Positions 26,590 through 40,490 of a DNA stretch of 64,000 nucleotides are shown in pieces. Positions within the stretch are counted from its first letter, which is position 1. The number at the start of each line of letters is the position of its first letter. The position numbers and the translations under genes were made by a program. The notes beneath the pieces were generated by a model. The model worked only from the letters and a program-made list of their open reading frames with translations, ran no database searches and was not told the origin of the DNA. Source of the stretch: Octopus vulgaris (lineage: Eukaryota); the NCBI GenBank assembly GCA_951406725.2, contig OX597823.1, forward strand, positions 3,162,001 through 3,226,000, read 5' to 3'.

Positions 26590-27846
26590 GTAAGTGGCTT
26601 TTCCGGTGGATCCAGAAACCCTTGAGTAGCTATCCCGCTAGTGATTCCTAAATGTTCTCTGTATTCTCGTGCATTTCCTTGTTTTTCTTTATTTCCCTTC
26701 AACCGCATCGTTGTGTACACACACGCACACACACACTCACACACATGGAGATATGGATGAGGGATGTTTGGCTGTGGTTTTCCCAACGAACCAAAATGTT
26801 TTTGCATAAGCTGATTGAAAAAAAGAAGAGAAAAAAAAAGAATATTGTGCATGTATGTGTAAGTGTATATATAATCAATTGTAGCAAGTATGTATGTATG
26901 TTTCTGATGATTCCAACAAAACAACTTCAATCTGCACACAACTGCATTCGTATGCACACCGAGAAACTGCATAGAAGTAACTATATATATATATATATAT
27001 ATACACACACGCACGCACGCATATAGCTATTTACACGTCTATATATTTTGTGTTTCATTGATGTTCATAACAATTACAGTTGACCAAGTTTACAGTTTTG
27101 GATTAACTTGATGTTGTTTTGGTTTTAAATTACGAGCCACCAACACGCACCGTCTTCATTAATTCAACTGTTCTTCTTCCATAACCTCTTCTTGTCTGTT
27201 TTTTTTTTTTTCTGTTCTAAAACCAACCAAGGTTGTTGTTTGGGTGTTAATTTACTTTTCGTCTACAAGTAAGCAACGATGGCCTGCTTTAGCTTTATAA
27301 ACCTACTAACACTGCCTAACATTACTCATGAGAATTGTTACTTCGTCTTTTTATCCTAATCCTCCTTTTCAAATCTCGCTTGTTTGCTTATTTTCATTAT
27401 TTTCCCTCTCATCCACATAATATTTCACTACTTTTTTTTGTGTCTGTTTATTTTCCTTCGTTGCAGAAGGAATAAACGAACTTATTTACAGCATTTCCCC
27501 GTTTATTAACTCAATTCCTTACTAAACAAGGAAAGGAAGTTCAGGCTGACAATGTTGTAGAACCTTCCTGTTATTATTTTCTTCTTTCTTTATAATTTAC
27601 ATGTTTATAACAAAAACAAAAGCTTCTACTATTTCCAGGGAACGAAGTAAAGAAATTAGTGGCTTTCTCGGTTCGTTAATGCAATGTTTTAGTCTCTGTT
27701 GTTATTTTCCTCTTGCAGCAGTCATTGGTCACATGTTGTATTATAACAAGTCTGAATAAATTCTGCTACGAAAGAAGGCGATCAACTGTCTGCTTCATTT
27801 GCTTGCCTCACATATATATACACTGTTTCTCTCCCCATTTTTTTCC

Positions 27847-27886
<40 letters not shown>

Positions 27887-29156
27887 GACTTTGCCATGGT
27901 GATTGCTTCGTAGACGTATTCCCCCCCCCCTTACTGTTCCCTTGTCTGTTTTGGTATTACTCAATCACCATATTCCCATGCAAGCTAGACATGGTTTTTG
28001 ATCTGTATAGATTCACAGCACCACCCTACCATTAATGCCGCCACTTGCCTACTGCTAGATTAAATTCGAAGCAAAGGAATCCACCACTGTTTACGTTGTC
28101 TGCACTTTGTTATGATGGAGCTTTTGGCTTCCCTTCTCCCCTCATGTCTGTCTGGCCCTGTCCCCCCCCCCCCCGCTCGCTTTCTTTCTTTTTTTCACCC
28201 TCTCATTCTTTCTCTTCTCATTTTCCTCTCTTTCTTTCCTCCTATTTTATTCCATTCGGCCCCCTCTCCGCTTTCTCCTCATTCACTGTCTGCTCGGCTT
28301 CTTTATGTCTATAATTTGCGTCGTTAATGACCTTGAAAAAGCATGAACATTCCAACTTCCCATGCCTGTATAACTCCCTCCTAATAAGTCTATCCTCTCA
28401 TCCATTATTGTATTTTATGCTTAAAAATCCTCAGAAGGAAAACACAGGAAGTTGTGATATTCATGTCTTTAACAGTTTATATTTTACACACAAACCTAGT
28501 TATGGTAGTAGTAGTAGTAGTAATAATGGTGGTGGTGGTGGTATTTTTGCTGGAAATGTGAATCTAATCAGCACTGGCTTAAAACAGATCAATCTAAGGA
28601 ATGAAGTCAGTTAAATCGAACCAGCACTTTGGATATGGCAGATTTCAGTTTTGTCTGGAACCACGACATGCCGCCGCCTTAGAGGTGCAGCGTGGCTGTC
28701 TGGGAATGTCTGCAGGTTCAAATTGATCCGTTCCGTCTGCGAATTCAAACGTTGTTGTCATGGTGGGGTTGGGTGATGAGTCTTGTTTCTTCGGTCTTCA
28801 TTGATTGACGTTGGTTGACAACAGAAGAGAATGAATCTTGAAAGGGAATTGATGGAATGTTTATTTTGATATTTTTGCCTAATCTGTGGGTCATCTGGGG
28901 AAAAGCTTGAACATAGAGTTTTGAAGTTGTATATTTATTTAATTTGGTCTGGATGTGTTTACAAAATGGTAGTTGTTTGGGTCGTGGGCGTTAATTTTGT
29001 GATTTGACAAAAATGCTTCGGGATCCAACTCACACCTGCCGTAGTTTATGACTGGCTTAACGCACTATTGTTGATAATGTTGCTAATAGTGGTGCTGTTA
29101 GTGTTGATAATGTTGATATCGGCAGTTTTGATAATATTGTTGTTGGTGATTGTTTG

Positions 29157-29520
29157 TTAGTTGAGCGAAGCGGTCTTCGTCCTTGTAGTGGGAGAAGTCC
29201 GAAACGTGGTCCTTTGCTATTCGTAAGACCCGCAGAAGAGAAAGCAGGTCAACCCCCGACACCGAGAGCATCGACGGATGGATGAATGCGCATCCAGGCT
29301 CAGCGGTTGCGTAGGAAGTCGGGGACAAGAATCAGGAAGAAAGAGTGAGAGAAAGTTGGAGCGAAAGAGTACAACAGGGGTCGCCACCACCCCCTGCCGG
29401 AGCCTCGTGGAGCTTTAGGTGTTTTCGCTCAATAAACACACACAACGCCCAGTCTGGGAATCGAAACCGCGATCCTCCGACCGCGTGTCCGCTGTCCTAA
29501 CCATTGGGCCATTGCGCCTC
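29157..29520 (-). mobile_element. tRNA-derived SINE, family C (CpG-rich, apparently young)
   Basis: Minus strand GGCGCAATGGCCCAATGGTTAGG (A box) ... GGTTTCGATTCCC (B box), GC-rich body, (AAC)-like tail. Confidence 0.8.
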
Positions 29521-30419
29521 CACTTGTTGATGTTATTGTTGATTAGTATTGATGCTGGTTTTGTGTGAGGTGTTGAGTGCAGAGTGAATCCTTATTGGAC
29601 GCTTTCCGTTTGTGACCAAACCATCTCATTCTGTGTGGATGAGCATGAAAAATGGACCTTAAATGATGACCATGATAGCCATATATCTCTGTTCAATGTG
29701 TTTTTCCAGCTTTTTCTAAAGTTGTTATTTCTAGCAGGTCAAGTGACCACACAAAGGCTCCCTCAGTTGAGTCATTAGAGAGGAACACAATATGCCCTGG
29801 AACAAATGAGTTTGTGGATCACGTTTGGTTGTTCCATTGGTTAGCAACATGCCATTGGTCTGCTCAATGATGGCTAACCCCATTACCAACATTACTAAAA
29901 CACCTATTTGAGCTCTGTCCTATATTCTAGCAGACTCAGCAGATAAAGTCCAGCTACTCATAGTAGGAGCAAGTCTGGTACAGCCAAATCGAGCAACTTG
30001 CAGCTATTCTGAAACTGGAAAGTCTTAGTTTGGTTCTAGTGGCTGGTAATACGAATTACAACAGTTTTTATAGTTAAGAGTACTTGTGCTAGATATACAT
30101 GCTGAATGTTGTTGTGAATAAAAAATAAATTTAAGCCCTAATTTTTCTAGTAGAAATAAATAAAACATTTTGAACAGAAATGAATTAAAATAATTTATTT
30201 AGGAAGGGCATCAAGCTGTAGAAACCATGCCAAGGGTGACATTGGTGCATGATGCAACTCATCAGGTCCTACTAAGCCATCCTATCCATGCCAGCATGGA
30301 AAAAGAAAAATGAATATTAGATGATGAGGATTTTAGGTAAAATAAAGAAATAAATAGAAGCTCCCTTGCTAATATTTTATGCAAATTAGCAAGGTGTGTG
30401 TAGTTTTGAGCTTGCTTAA

Positions 30420-30843
30420 TTTTCTTTTCTACTCTAGGCACAAGGCCCCAAATTTTTTTGGGGAGACAGCCAGCCGATTAGATCAACCCCAGTATGCAAC
30501 TAGTACTTAATTTATCAACCCCAAAACGATGAAAGGCAAAGTCGACCCTGGCGGAATTTGAACTCAGACGAAATACTGCTAGGCATTTTGCCTGGCATGA
30601 GAGCTTGCTAATATTTAGCACCGATAAAGCAGCCAGCTAGCAGAATTGTTAGGAGGCTGGACAAAATGCTTAGTGGCATTTCATCCATTTTTATGTTCTG
30701 AGTTCAAATTCAGCTGAGGTCAACTTTACCTTTCACTCTTTCAGGGTTGATAAACTAAGTACCAGTTGCATACTGGGGTTGATGTAATCAACTTACCCCT
30801 CCTCTGAAATTGCTGGCCTTGTGCCAAAATATTTGAGATCAAT
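30420..30843. mobile_element. Head-to-head inverted pair of family B SINEs
   Basis: Minus copy at about 30420-30600 and plus copy at about 30628-30843. Confidence 0.78.
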
Positions 30844-31339
30844 ATTTAATGCAAATATTCTTTTGGTTATTGAAATAAGGTGTGAGTAATGTATTTCGCC
30901 CAGGTTTGGCATATTTTGTAATAAATCAATTTAGTATCACTCCCTAAGTCCCACACCTAACAAGACTAAATAGTAATTTTCAGTTAATTATGAGGTATAT
31001 TAACGAGAAAAAGAGGAAAAGGTTAATTTGATCAACAAAATTTATGAATGAACAAACTAAAAAGAAAACTATAAATAGTTCACTTGTTTCACAGTGTGAG
31101 ACTTTTGTGAATTAAGCGTAACCAGACTTGTTTGGAAATCTTGGACAAAGATTGAAGTCATTGAAGCATAAAATGCTCTCTTTAGTGGAAGAGAAAGTAA
31201 GATGGCTTGAATTGGATTATCTGCTTTGATACTTTTCCATACTCATCTATTCCAAAGTAGATTTAGCTTTCCAAGCTGTCTGAGTTTCAATTAAATAAAA
31301 TCCATATATGTATGGGTGGGTGAGGGGTATTTATACCGT

Positions 31340-32045
31340 TTTCTTTTAGTTGTTTCCAGCATTAGACTGTGGCCATGCTGGGACACTCACTGCTTTGTAG
31401 AATTTTTAGTCAAATGAATTGACCTCGGGACTTGTTTCTTTTTTAAGAATAATACTTATTCTATTGATATCTTTTGCCAAACCACTAAGTTACAGGAACA
31501 TAAACACACCAACATTGGTTGTTAAGTGGTGATGGGGAACAAACACACATACACACGAGAAGCTTCTTTCAGTTTCCAGCTACAAAATACATTCACAAGA
31601 TACATGCCCAAGGTATCACGCAGTGGAACTGAATCCGGAACCATGTGGCTGGGAAGCAAGCTACTTACCCCACAGCCATGCGTGAGATAAACATTCTGGT
31701 TGTGTGGTTAATAAGCTTGCTTCGCAACAGCAGGGATTCGGGTTCAGTCCTACTCTGTGGTACCTTGGGTAAGTGTCTTCTACTATACCTCTACGCTACC
31801 TAATGCCTGTGAGTGAATTTTGTAGATGGAAACTGTGTGGAATCCCATCATGTATGCATGTGTGTGTGTCATTGAGTTTGCTAACCCCCTCCCCGCCAAC
31901 TGCTTCACAATTGATGTTGGTTTCTTTATGGCCCTGTAATAGAACAGTTTGGCAACAGAGATGGATAGAACAAGTACCAGACTTAAAAACTTAGTACTGA
32001 GCTCCAGCTTGGCTGCAGTTCAATAATTGGGATAAATTAAAAGTA
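31340..32045. mobile_element. Head-to-head inverted pair of family A SINEs
   Basis: Minus copy at about 31340-31685 and plus copy at about 31700-32045. Confidence 0.75.
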
Positions 32046-32061
32046 AAGACCCCTCTGTCCG

Positions 32062-32257
32062 GCATTCGCTATGAAAGATCATTAGCCACTAAACCTTTTT
32101 CTATTTTCTCTCCCTGTTTATTTCTGTGTTCCTTTCTGTCGAAGAGCGTAGGCTCGAAACGTAAAAGACTTTCTCACTTCCCAAGCATTAAACTAATATG
32201 TCTGTTTGTTGTTTACACACCCATCTTCGTCTTTTGTTTTTTTGTAAATTCTCACTA
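32062..32257 (+). mobile_element. Penelope-like pseudo-LTR fragment with a hammerhead-like motif
   Basis: Homologous to the 3' part of 42571-43663 (GAAGAGCGTAGGCTCGAAACGTAAAAGAC...CTTCGTCTTTTGTT); ends in (TA)n. Confidence 0.7.
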
Positions 32258-32289
32258 TATATATATATGTAGTTATGTATGTATATTAT

Positions 32290-32390
32290 ATCATCATTGT
32301 CATCATCGTCGTTTAACGTCCGTTCTCCATGCTAGCATGGGTTGGACGGTTCGACCGGGGTTCTGGGAAGCCAGAAGGCTGCACCAGGCT
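32290..32390 (-). mobile_element. RTE 3' end, truncated by the (TA)n array
   Basis: CATCATCGTCGTTTAACGTCCG...GGCTGCACCAGGCT. Confidence 0.85.
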
Positions 32391-32397
32391 GGCTTCC

Positions 32398-33081
<684 letters not shown>

Positions 33082-33300
33082 CTACAAAATTAGAGAATGG
33101 AGAAACATACTTAAATCAGTAAAACATCAACTATATGATATCAATCCATACTTTAATACACCATACATATGTATGGCAATATATAAAATGAAATGAGATA
33201 TACAGTAATAGTAAAAGTAAAAAGATAAAGAGATATAAGTATAAATTTCAAATATAATATGCAAATAAATAAAACTGACAGCTGTTTCGTATACAGTCAT
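33082..33300 (-). mobile_element. Probable second Penelope-like LTR family fragment with a truncated hammerhead 3' half
   Basis: Minus strand ATGA-CTGTATAC-GAAA-CAGCTG-TC at 33277-33300 (palindromic helix III, GUC site); bounded by (TA)n on both sides. Confidence 0.5.
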
Positions 33301-34425
<1,125 letters not shown>

Positions 34426-34500
34426 AATCCTTAAATCCTTAAAAATGTTTTAGCCCGAAGGCCGCGGCCATGCTGGGGCACCACCGCTGAATGAGCTACA

Positions 34501-37500
34501 CTAGTTTGTGAATCTACCTCTGATACGTGGCACTTGATCAACAAGGGAGTTCGATGCTGCTGCCCGCATCCGTGTCTCCTGTCGTGAGGTAGGTTCATCT
34601 GGGACTCCCAACAAGAAGAGATCCAGTTTAGTTTTAAAGAAACCCACATCCACACCATGTAAGTCTCTCAGGCATTTAGGGAGGATGTTAAAGAGCTGTG
34701 GTCCTCTGAAACCCAAGCTGTTGCAGTATCTGGACCTGTATTTTGATGGTGATGTTGGAATCCTTGGCACCACGCAGCGGCGCCCCGTTCTGCGGTTGGA
34801 GTAACTTTGAATGCCAAAGTTTGGGACAAGACCCTCCAGGATTTTCCAGATGTATATCACTGCATATCTCTCCCGCCTCCGCTCCAGGGAGAAGAGGTTT
34901 AATACCTTCAGTCTTTCCCAGTAGCTGACATTTTGCATTGAGACGATTTTCTTTGTGTAGCTTCTCTGAGTTGCTTCGAGTTCTGCTGTTTGTTTTATAT
35001 TGTGTGGTGACCAAAGTTGGGAGCAGTAGTCCAAGCGGCTGAGGACAAATGTTTTCCATAGGACCATCAGTGTCTCCTTCTCTCTTGTTCTGAAAGTTCG
35101 GAGAATCCATCCAGCTAGCCGTCTGCATTTTATCACCAGATTAGCAATATGCATTTGGAAAGATGCATCATTGCTCATGTCAATGCCCAGGTCACGCACT
35201 GATTTTGACTCAGGGATTGCAATTCTTCCTGGGCCAGTGTATCCAGTCTTCACGTCATTTACCTTTGTGTGCCAGTAGCGCAGGGCCTGGAACTTACCTG
35301 CATTAAACTGCATGTTGTTGTCCTCAGCCCACCTGTATATTGTGTCCAGCTCATGTTGCAGATGCGCAATATTTTCAGGGTTTTGTATTGCGTGGGAGAC
35401 TTTTGTGTCATCTGCATAGCTAGCAAGGGTGGTCATCGTAGCAACTGAAGGCATGTCTGAAAGGGCCACTATGAACATCAGTGGCCCCAAGACAGTGCCC
35501 TGTGGGACACCGCTTGTTATTTGCGTTTCCCTGGAGGTGGCTCCATTGCTCACAACTGCCTGTTTTCTGTCTTTTAGGAAGTTGTGCAGCCACTCTCCAA
35601 GTTTCCCGCCTATGCCGAGACCACGCAGTTTGTGACAGATCATACCATGGTCGACTTTATCAAAGGCTTTTGCAAAGTCAAGATATATTACATCCACATT
35701 TGAGCCATTTAGTAGCTGTTTCAACACCCAGTCATAGTGTTGCAGGAGCTGTGTTAGGCAGCCTCTACCTGGTCGAAATCCATGCTGGGTGTCAGACAGT
35801 AAGTCATTTTCTTCAAGGAACATGATTAGTTTCTTACGGACTATTCGTTCCATGACTTTGCTGATGTGTGAGGTCAGAGAGATAGGCCTATAATTTTTAG
35901 CATCTGCTCTGCTACCTCCCTTATGGATAGGGCATATTACCCCCTCTTTCAGTTTGACTGGGAGCTTACCACTTGCAAGAAAGCTCTGAAAAAGAAGCTG
36001 TAGCGGTTTTGCAAGGGCTCGTTTGCACGATTTGAGAAGGATCGCTGGGAATCCATCAGGTCCAGCAGCTGAGTTTGTGTCAATCTCATCAATGGCTAGT
36101 GTGATATCATCTTCTTCGATGTTGATGTACTCAATTTTTGTCTCTTTGGCCGCTGGTAAAGTGGCAAAGAATTCTTCTGGGTTGTTTACTTGCCTGTGTC
36201 CTAGAGGTGTAGTGAACACACTTTGGAACTGTTCGTTCAGTATTTCACTTATCCTCGTGGGATTTCCTGTGAGAGAGCCATCTTTTTGGAAGAGAGGTCC
36301 TATTCTCTGGTGCACTGTGGCTGTCTCTTTGGCAAACTTAAAGAAAGCTTTAGGGTTTGATTTTATATTTTCTATTACCCAAGCTTCTTTATCTGCTCTC
36401 TCCTTTTCATGGGACTGATGTAGACTTTTCTCAGTTTCCATTAGCATTCTTTCGAGCCGAGACTTCTCACCACTTTTGGTGTGCTTGCTCAGGCGGTTTG
36501 CAATCCTTGTCCGTCGTCTCATAAGAATCCTCCTTTCTCTAGGGATCCTGTTTTTATTCTTGTGTGTGCTGGCCCTGCACATTGGGACATATTTGTCACA
36601 TATGGCTTGTATTATGGACATGAAGTGTTTGTGTTTCATGTTTATGTCCGGTGTGGAGAGACATTCAGGCCAATCCTGTTTGAGGATCTCTTTCTCAATC
36701 GACTTCCAGTTGGCTTTATGAAAGTTTAAGTTGGAGAGATGGTGGGTGCTTCGTATAGGCTGTGTGTCTGCGGGGGCTTTTGTTCCATACATAGACAGCT
36801 CTATTATGTTGTGATCCGAGATCATTGTCGGCATCACATTAACATTATGGATAATATCCATATTGTTTGTAAAGCAGAGATCCAGTATATTATCTGCCCT
36901 TGTTGGTTGCAGAACTATTTGCTCCATGAAAGAGGTATTTGTGAGATGGAGCAGGGACTCCACCTGTGCCTGCTGATGGTGTGTCATCCCTGGGAGCATC
37001 TGCCCCCCAGGCCATTCCACATTGGGGAGGTTAAAGTCACCCATGAAGAATACACTGTTGTGCTGTTCAAGGTTGGTGAGGACTTCTCCTATTTTTGTTA
37101 GGCAGTCTTCAAACATGCCTGAGTGTTTTGGGGCGTCTGGTGGGCGATATGTAGTGCATATGACGATATTCAGTTGTCTTATGTGTACAATTTGAGTTTC
37201 ACATACTGAGTTTGAATATGACAGCAGGACCTGGGGCGTGAGGTCATCTCGGATGTACATTGCAACTCCACCATGGCTCCTCCCTTTTCTATCTGTGCGT
37301 ATGACTGCATATTGCGGCATGTGTATTTCTGCATCACCTATATCGGGTTCAAGATGCGTTTCTGTGAGTGCCATGCATATAGCTTGATTGCATGTCACAA
37401 GGTCTCTCAGGAATGAAATTTTCTTTTTACAGTTTCCGCGCAGCAGCCCTCCTACATTCAGTAGAAATATTTTTGTGGTGTGTGTGTTGGTGTTGGTGTC

Positions 37501-37512
37501 TGTGGTGGCCAT
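34501..37512 (-). CDS. LINE ORF2: APE endonuclease + reverse transcriptase, about 1003 aa from the first ATG (MATTDT)
   Basis: APE motifs LNVGG, LTETHL, YRPP, GDFN, SDHN; RT motifs [39 protein letters not shown]; no stops. Confidence 0.95.
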   Translation of the reverse strand: MATTDTNTNTHTTKIFLLNVGGLLRGNCKKKISFLRDLVTCNQAICMALTETHLEPDIGDAEIHMPQYAVIRTDRKGRSHGGVAMYIRDDLTPQVLLSYSNSVCETQIVHIRQLNIVICTTYRPPDAPKHSGMFEDCLTKIGEVLTNLEQHNSVFFMGDFNLPNVEWPGGQMLPGMTHHQQAQVESLLHLTNTSFMEQIVLQPTRADNILDLCFTNNMDIIHNVNVMPTMISDHNIIELSMYGTKAPADTQPIRSTHHLSNLNFHKANWKSIEKEILKQDWPECLSTPDINMKHKHFMSIIQAICDKYVPMCRASTHKNKNRIPRERRILMRRRTRIANRLSKHTKSGEKSRLERMLMETEKSLHQSHEKERADKEAWVIENIKSNPKAFFKFAKETATVHQRIGPLFQKDGSLTGNPTRISEILNEQFQSVFTTPLGHRQVNNPEEFFATLPAAKETKIEYINIEEDDITLAIDEIDTNSAAGPDGFPAILLKSCKRALAKPLQLLFQSFLASGKLPVKLKEGVICPIHKGGSRADAKNYRPISLTSHISKVMERIVRKKLIMFLEENDLLSDTQHGFRPGRGCLTQLLQHYDWVLKQLLNGSNVDVIYLDFAKAFDKVDHGMICHKLRGLGIGGKLGEWLHNFLKDRKQAVVSNGATSRETQITSGVPQGTVLGPLMFIVALSDMPSVATMTTLASYADDTKVSHAIQNPENIAHLQHELDTIYRWAEDNNMQFNAGKFQALRYWHTKVNDVKTGYTGPGRIAIPESKSVRDLGIDMSNDASFQMHIANLVIKCRRLAGWILRTFRTREKETLMVLWKTFVLSRLDYCSQLWSPHNIKQTAELEATQRSYTKKIVSMQNVSYWERLKVLNLFSLERRRERYAVIYIWKILEGLVPNFGIQSYSNRRTGRRCVVPRIPTSPSKYRSRYCNSLGFRGPQLFNILPKCLRDLHGVDVGFFKTKLDLFLLGVPDEPTSRQETRMRAAASNSLVDQVPRIRGRFTN

Positions 37513-38159
37513 CCTGCATCTGTTGGAGGTGGCCTTATGTGGTGGTAGTTCCAGCTTTGTGCTTGTAGCCAGGTCAGCTGCTGAACAATTTTTTGTGCCA
37601 TGCACAAAAAAGACTGCTGTTCAGCTGCCGCCCTTCTCACATCTGGGTGAAGCTGGCCACCTGTTGGGTTTCCGCGCACCACATCTGCATACCGTCTTTC
37701 AGTAGTGGTCAGTGCGCTTTTTTCCCTTCTTTTAACTTTTTGTTTTTGTTCTCCCTGAGGGAGGGACCTCTGTCTCGCGTCCGTGCGGTTTTGGTAGGGC
37801 CTCCGATGTGCAAAGCGACAGTTTGCACCTTCAACGCCGTACCAGCAGTCCCCCCTCAGGTAGAATTTGCAGGTGTTTCTTTCCCTACCCTTACAGTTTT
37901 TGCTGGGGTCCCTCTGCTTTCTCTGGACAGGGCTTCCTTTAGCCTTGATTCTGTCACCCTTTACCTCCTGCTTCCCATCAATTCCAGGGTGCCTTTCCTT
38001 TCTTGCGGCCATCGCACCTCTTTGGTCTTCAGTTGTGGTGTTGGAAGCTGGACATGTGTCATCGTTTCCCTGTGTTCCAGGCTTCTCCATTTGGCTCTGG
38101 ATGCTTTCCTCATCCTTTTGGCCCTCCCTGCTGCCGTCACCTCCCAGGATGATGTCCAT
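37458..38159 (-). CDS. LINE ORF1 (possibly 5'-truncated) with a CCCH zinc finger
   Basis: [10 protein letters not shown]...[22 protein letters not shown]...YADVV...KYFY*; overlaps the ORF2 start by 55 nt. The ATG sits at the (TA)n junction and may be fortuitous. Confidence 0.7.
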   Translation of the reverse strand: MDIILGGDGSREGQKDEESIQSQMEKPGTQGNDDTCPASNTTTEDQRGAMAARKERHPGIDGKQEVKGDRIKAKGSPVQRKQRDPSKNCKGRERNTCKFYLRGDCWYGVEGANCRFAHRRPYQNRTDARQRSLPQGEQKQKVKRREKSALTTTERRYADVVRGNPTGGQLHPDVRRAAAEQQSFLCMAQKIVQQLTWLQAQSWNYHHIRPPPTDAGWPPQTPTPTHTPQKYFY

Positions 38160-38224
38160 ATATATATATATGTGTATGTATGTATGTATGTGTATATATA
38201 TGTGTGTATGTATATATATATGTG

Positions 38225-38271
<47 letters not shown>

Positions 38272-38300
38272 GTATGTATATATATGTATATATATATGTG

Positions 38301-38331
<31 letters not shown>

Positions 38332-38376
38332 GTATGTATATATATGTATATATATATATATGTATGTATATATATG

Positions 38377-38433
<57 letters not shown>

Positions 38434-38438
38434 ATATA

Positions 38439-38477
<39 letters not shown>

Positions 38478-38686
38478 ATATATATGTATGTATATATATA
38501 TGTATGTATATATATATGTATGTATATATATATGTATGTATATATGTATGTATATATATATGTATGTATATATATATGTATATATATATGTATGTATATA
38601 TATATGTATGTATATATATATGTATGTATATATATATGTATATGTATATATATATGTATATATATATGTATATGTATATATATATG

Positions 38687-38733
<47 letters not shown>

Positions 38734-38795
38734 GTATGTATATATATATATGTATGTATATATATATATGTATGTATATATATATATGTATGTAT

Positions 38796-38826
<31 letters not shown>

Positions 38827-39242
38827 TGTATATATGTATATATATATATATGTATGTATATATGTATATATATATATATATGTATGTGTATATATATATG
38901 TATGTGTATATATATATGTATGTGTATATATATATATATGTATGTGTATATATATATATATGTATGTGTATATATATATATATGTATGTATATATATATA
39001 TATATGTATATATATATGTATGTATATATATATATGTATGTATATATATATATATATGTATGTATATATATATGTATGTATATATATATATATATGTATG
39101 TATATATATATGTATGTATATATATATGTATGTATATATATATATGTATGTATATATATATGTATGTATATATATATATATATGTATGTATATATATATG
39201 TATGTGTATATATATATATGTATGTATATATATATATGTATG

Positions 39243-39275
<33 letters not shown>

Positions 39276-39309
39276 ATATATATATATGTATGTATATATA
39301 TATATGTAT

Positions 39310-39341
<32 letters not shown>

Positions 39342-39356
39342 ATATATATATATATA
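38160..39356. repeat. About 1.2-kb (TA)n/(TATG)n microsatellite
   Basis: Read directly. Confidence 0.98.
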
Positions 39357-39607
39357 TGTGTCGGTGGCACATAAAAAACACCATCCGAGCGTGGCCGTCT
39401 GCCAGCCTCGTCTGGCACCTGTGTCGGTGGCACATAAAATCACCCACTACACTCTCGGAGTGGTTGGCGTTAGGAAGGGCATCCAGCTGTAGAAACACTG
39501 CCACATCTGACTGGCCTGGTGCAGCCTTCGGGCTTCCCAGACCCCAGTTGAACCGTCCAACCCATGCTAGCATGGAAAGCGGACGTTAAACGATGATGAT
39601 GATGATG
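39357..39607 (+). mobile_element. RTE 3' end
   Basis: Near-identical to the reverse complement of 55615-55870; (GAT)n tail. Confidence 0.9.
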
Positions 39608-39659
39608 TATGTATATATATATATATATATATGTATGTATATATATATATATATGTATG

Positions 39660-39708
<49 letters not shown>

Positions 39709-39743
39709 ATATATATGTATGTATATATATATATATATGTATG

Positions 39744-39776
<33 letters not shown>

Positions 39777-39931
39777 GTATATATATATGTATGTATATAT
39801 ATATGTATGTATATGTATATATATATGTATGTATATATATATATGTATGTATATATATATATATGTATGTATATATATATATATATGTATGTATATATAT
39901 ATATATATGTATGTATATATATATATATATG

Positions 39932-39984
<53 letters not shown>

Positions 39985-40030
39985 GTATGTATATATATAT
40001 ATATGTATGTATATATATATATATATGTAT
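39608..40030. repeat. (TA)n/(TATG)n microsatellite
   Basis: Read directly. Confidence 0.97.
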
Positions 40031-40324
40031 ATATTTTTTATATTATATAGAGGGTACTATTATTCATAGGTACCGCACACTAGGAAGGACTCTTGCAGTC
40101 AAAACTACTAAAATAAACAAATTGTACCGAATGCAAAACTTCAAAGCAAGTCAGTTAAAAACAGAATTTAGTTACATATCACATAAATTCTGTTTTTAAA
40201 TTACTTGCTTTGAAGTTTTGCATTCGGTACAATTTGTTTATTTTAGTAGTTTTGACTGCAAGAGTCCCTCCTAGCGTGCGGTACCTATGAATAATAGTAC
40301 CCTCTATATAATATAAATAAATAT
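40031..40324. repeat. Long near-perfect palindrome (about 140-bp arms, 13-nt spacer)
   Basis: 40031-40170 is the reverse complement of 40184-40324 (AGGGTACTATTATTCATAGGTACCGCAC.../...GTGCGGTACCTATGAATAATAGTACCCT) with a few mismatches. Confidence 0.95.
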
Positions 40325-40444
40325 TTTCAAAGTGAAAAAATTTACAGATTTTTTCTCTTACGAGGTTTTTCACGCTAACTACTGATAATTTCTTATAAAG
40401 ATTTTATCCTTAATTTTAAATTTATATATATGTATATATATATG

Positions 40445-40477
<33 letters not shown>

Positions 40478-40490
40478 GTATATGTATATA

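Larger units (their letters stand above)
34426..38159 (-). mobile_element. CR1-group (CR1/L2/Crack-like) LINE with intact ORF2
   Basis: ORF1 plus APE-RT ORF2, a short 3' UTR and a (TTAAGGAT)-type tail; both ends abut (TA)n. Confidence 0.93.

Noticed and set aside
27719-30045. Candidate second exons for the 26520 gene (acceptors at about 27718 and 29930)
   Set aside because: Both hit in-frame stops in phase 1 before a good donor.
37593-40199. ORFs of 140-660 aa spanning the TA arrays
   Set aside because: Microsatellite read-through; only the minus-strand 37458-38159 portion has protein-like content.
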